A stretch of 64,000 nucleotides of DNA, taken from Vicinamibacterales bacterium (GTDB lineage Bacteria > Acidobacteriota > Vicinamibacteria > Vicinamibacterales > UBA2999). The translations under genes and the position numbers were made by a program. Every line of letters begins with the position of its first letter. The first letter of the stretch is position 1. Shown here in pieces: positions 63,576 through 64,000 of this stretch. The stretch spans positions 202,621 to 266,620 of the forward strand of contig JBFWZN010000001.1 in assembly GCA_050185275.1 (NCBI GenBank), written 5' to 3'. The notes under the pieces were generated by a model. That model worked only from the letters and a program-made list of their open reading frames with translations. It did not search any database and had not been told where the DNA came from.

Positions 63576-64000
63576 CCCCCGAGATCTCCATCGTCGTGCC
63601 GTTGCGCGACGAAGAGCCCAGCGTGACGCTGCTGCATGCCGAACTGTCGGCCGTGATGCCGCGCACCGGGCGCGCCTGGGAGCTGATTCTGGTGGACGAC
63701 GGCAGTGTCGACGGCACGCTGGCGGCGGCCGAGGCCGTGCAGGCGCGCGACCCGCGGGTGCGCGTGGTCAGTTTCGACCGGAACTACGGGCAGACCGCCG
63801 CCTTTGCCGCGGGGTTCGCGCGTGCCCGGGGCGGTCTCGTGGTCACCCTCGACGGTGATCTTCAGAACGACCCTGCAGACATCCCCCGCCTCGTGGACCT
63901 GGCGTCCCGGTTCGACGTGGTGTGCGGCTGGCGCCGGCAGCGGCAGGATGCCTTCCTCACCCGGTCGGTGCCGTCCACGGTCGCCAACTGGCTGCTCGGG
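63572..64000 (+). CDS. family 2 glycosyltransferase (polyprenol-phosphate sugar transferase-like), N-terminal part, runs off the right edge
   Basis: Not in the ORF track because no stop falls inside the window. My translation from GTG 63572 (GTGA overlap with the upstream gene) reads VTPEISIVVPLRDEEPSV...WELILVDDGSVDGT...RNYGQTAAFAAGFARARGGLVVTLDGDLQNDPADIP, the classic GT2 DxD architecture. Confidence 0.85.
   Translation, partial: MTPEISIVVPLRDEEPSVTLLHAELSAVMPRTGRAWELILVDDGSVDGTLAAAEAVQARDPRVRVVSFDRNYGQTAAFAAGFARARGGLVVTLDGDLQNDPADIPRLVDLASRFDVVCGWRRQRQDAFLTRSVPSTVANWLLG

Overview
High-GC (roughly 70% by eye), gene-dense bacterial chromosomal segment. I support about 58 protein-coding genes and 2 tRNAs (Pro-CGG, Phe-GAA). 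I saw no rRNA, CRISPR array, IS/transposase, integrase or prophage genes. Many long ORFs in the six-frame track are stop-free shadow frames of real genes, as expected at this GC content, and I rejected them. Several real genes start well inside the listed ORF, so I re-derived those starts from the DNA. Most content is housekeeping: recA, truA, aroA-aroK, moaA, surE, tsaC/Sua5, msrB-msrA, maf, thiolase, a class II photolyase, two P-type ATPases and a complete System I cytochrome c maturation (ccm) cluster. The rest is envelope and signalling genes: a vWA protein, carboxypeptidase-regulatory-domain TonB-type outer-membrane proteins, a RegB/RegA-like redox two-component system, and a sigma54-activator/HD-GYP/hybrid-kinase operon. 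The acidobacterial-type vWA protein and the repeated CarboxypepD_reg outer-membrane barrels suggest an Acidobacteriota-like organism; this is inference only. The best candidate for an undescribed system is at 29430-35240. There, a ~1,627-aa protein has an N-terminal PAS-like fold, about 1,400 aa of uninterrupted coiled-coil-type sequence with three 294-bp tandem repeats, and a C-terminal relic of a histidine-kinase DHp helix that lacks the phospho-acceptor His. It is flanked on both sides by small PilZ-like (c-di-GMP receptor type) genes, one divergent and one translationally coupled. Other points worth a second look: (1) the ccm operon has a CxxxY CcmE, a CcmF-CcmH fusion and two unknown genes embedded in it; (2) a WYL regulator is translationally coupled to a UPF0182 membrane protein and truA; (3) the photolyase and bacilliredoxin genes diverge across only 18 bp and may both be leaderless; (4) MsrB/MsrA appear to be exported; (5) a blue-copper protein forms an operon with a cytochrome c'-like gene. 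All family assignments come from motif recognition by eye and none has been checked by a search.
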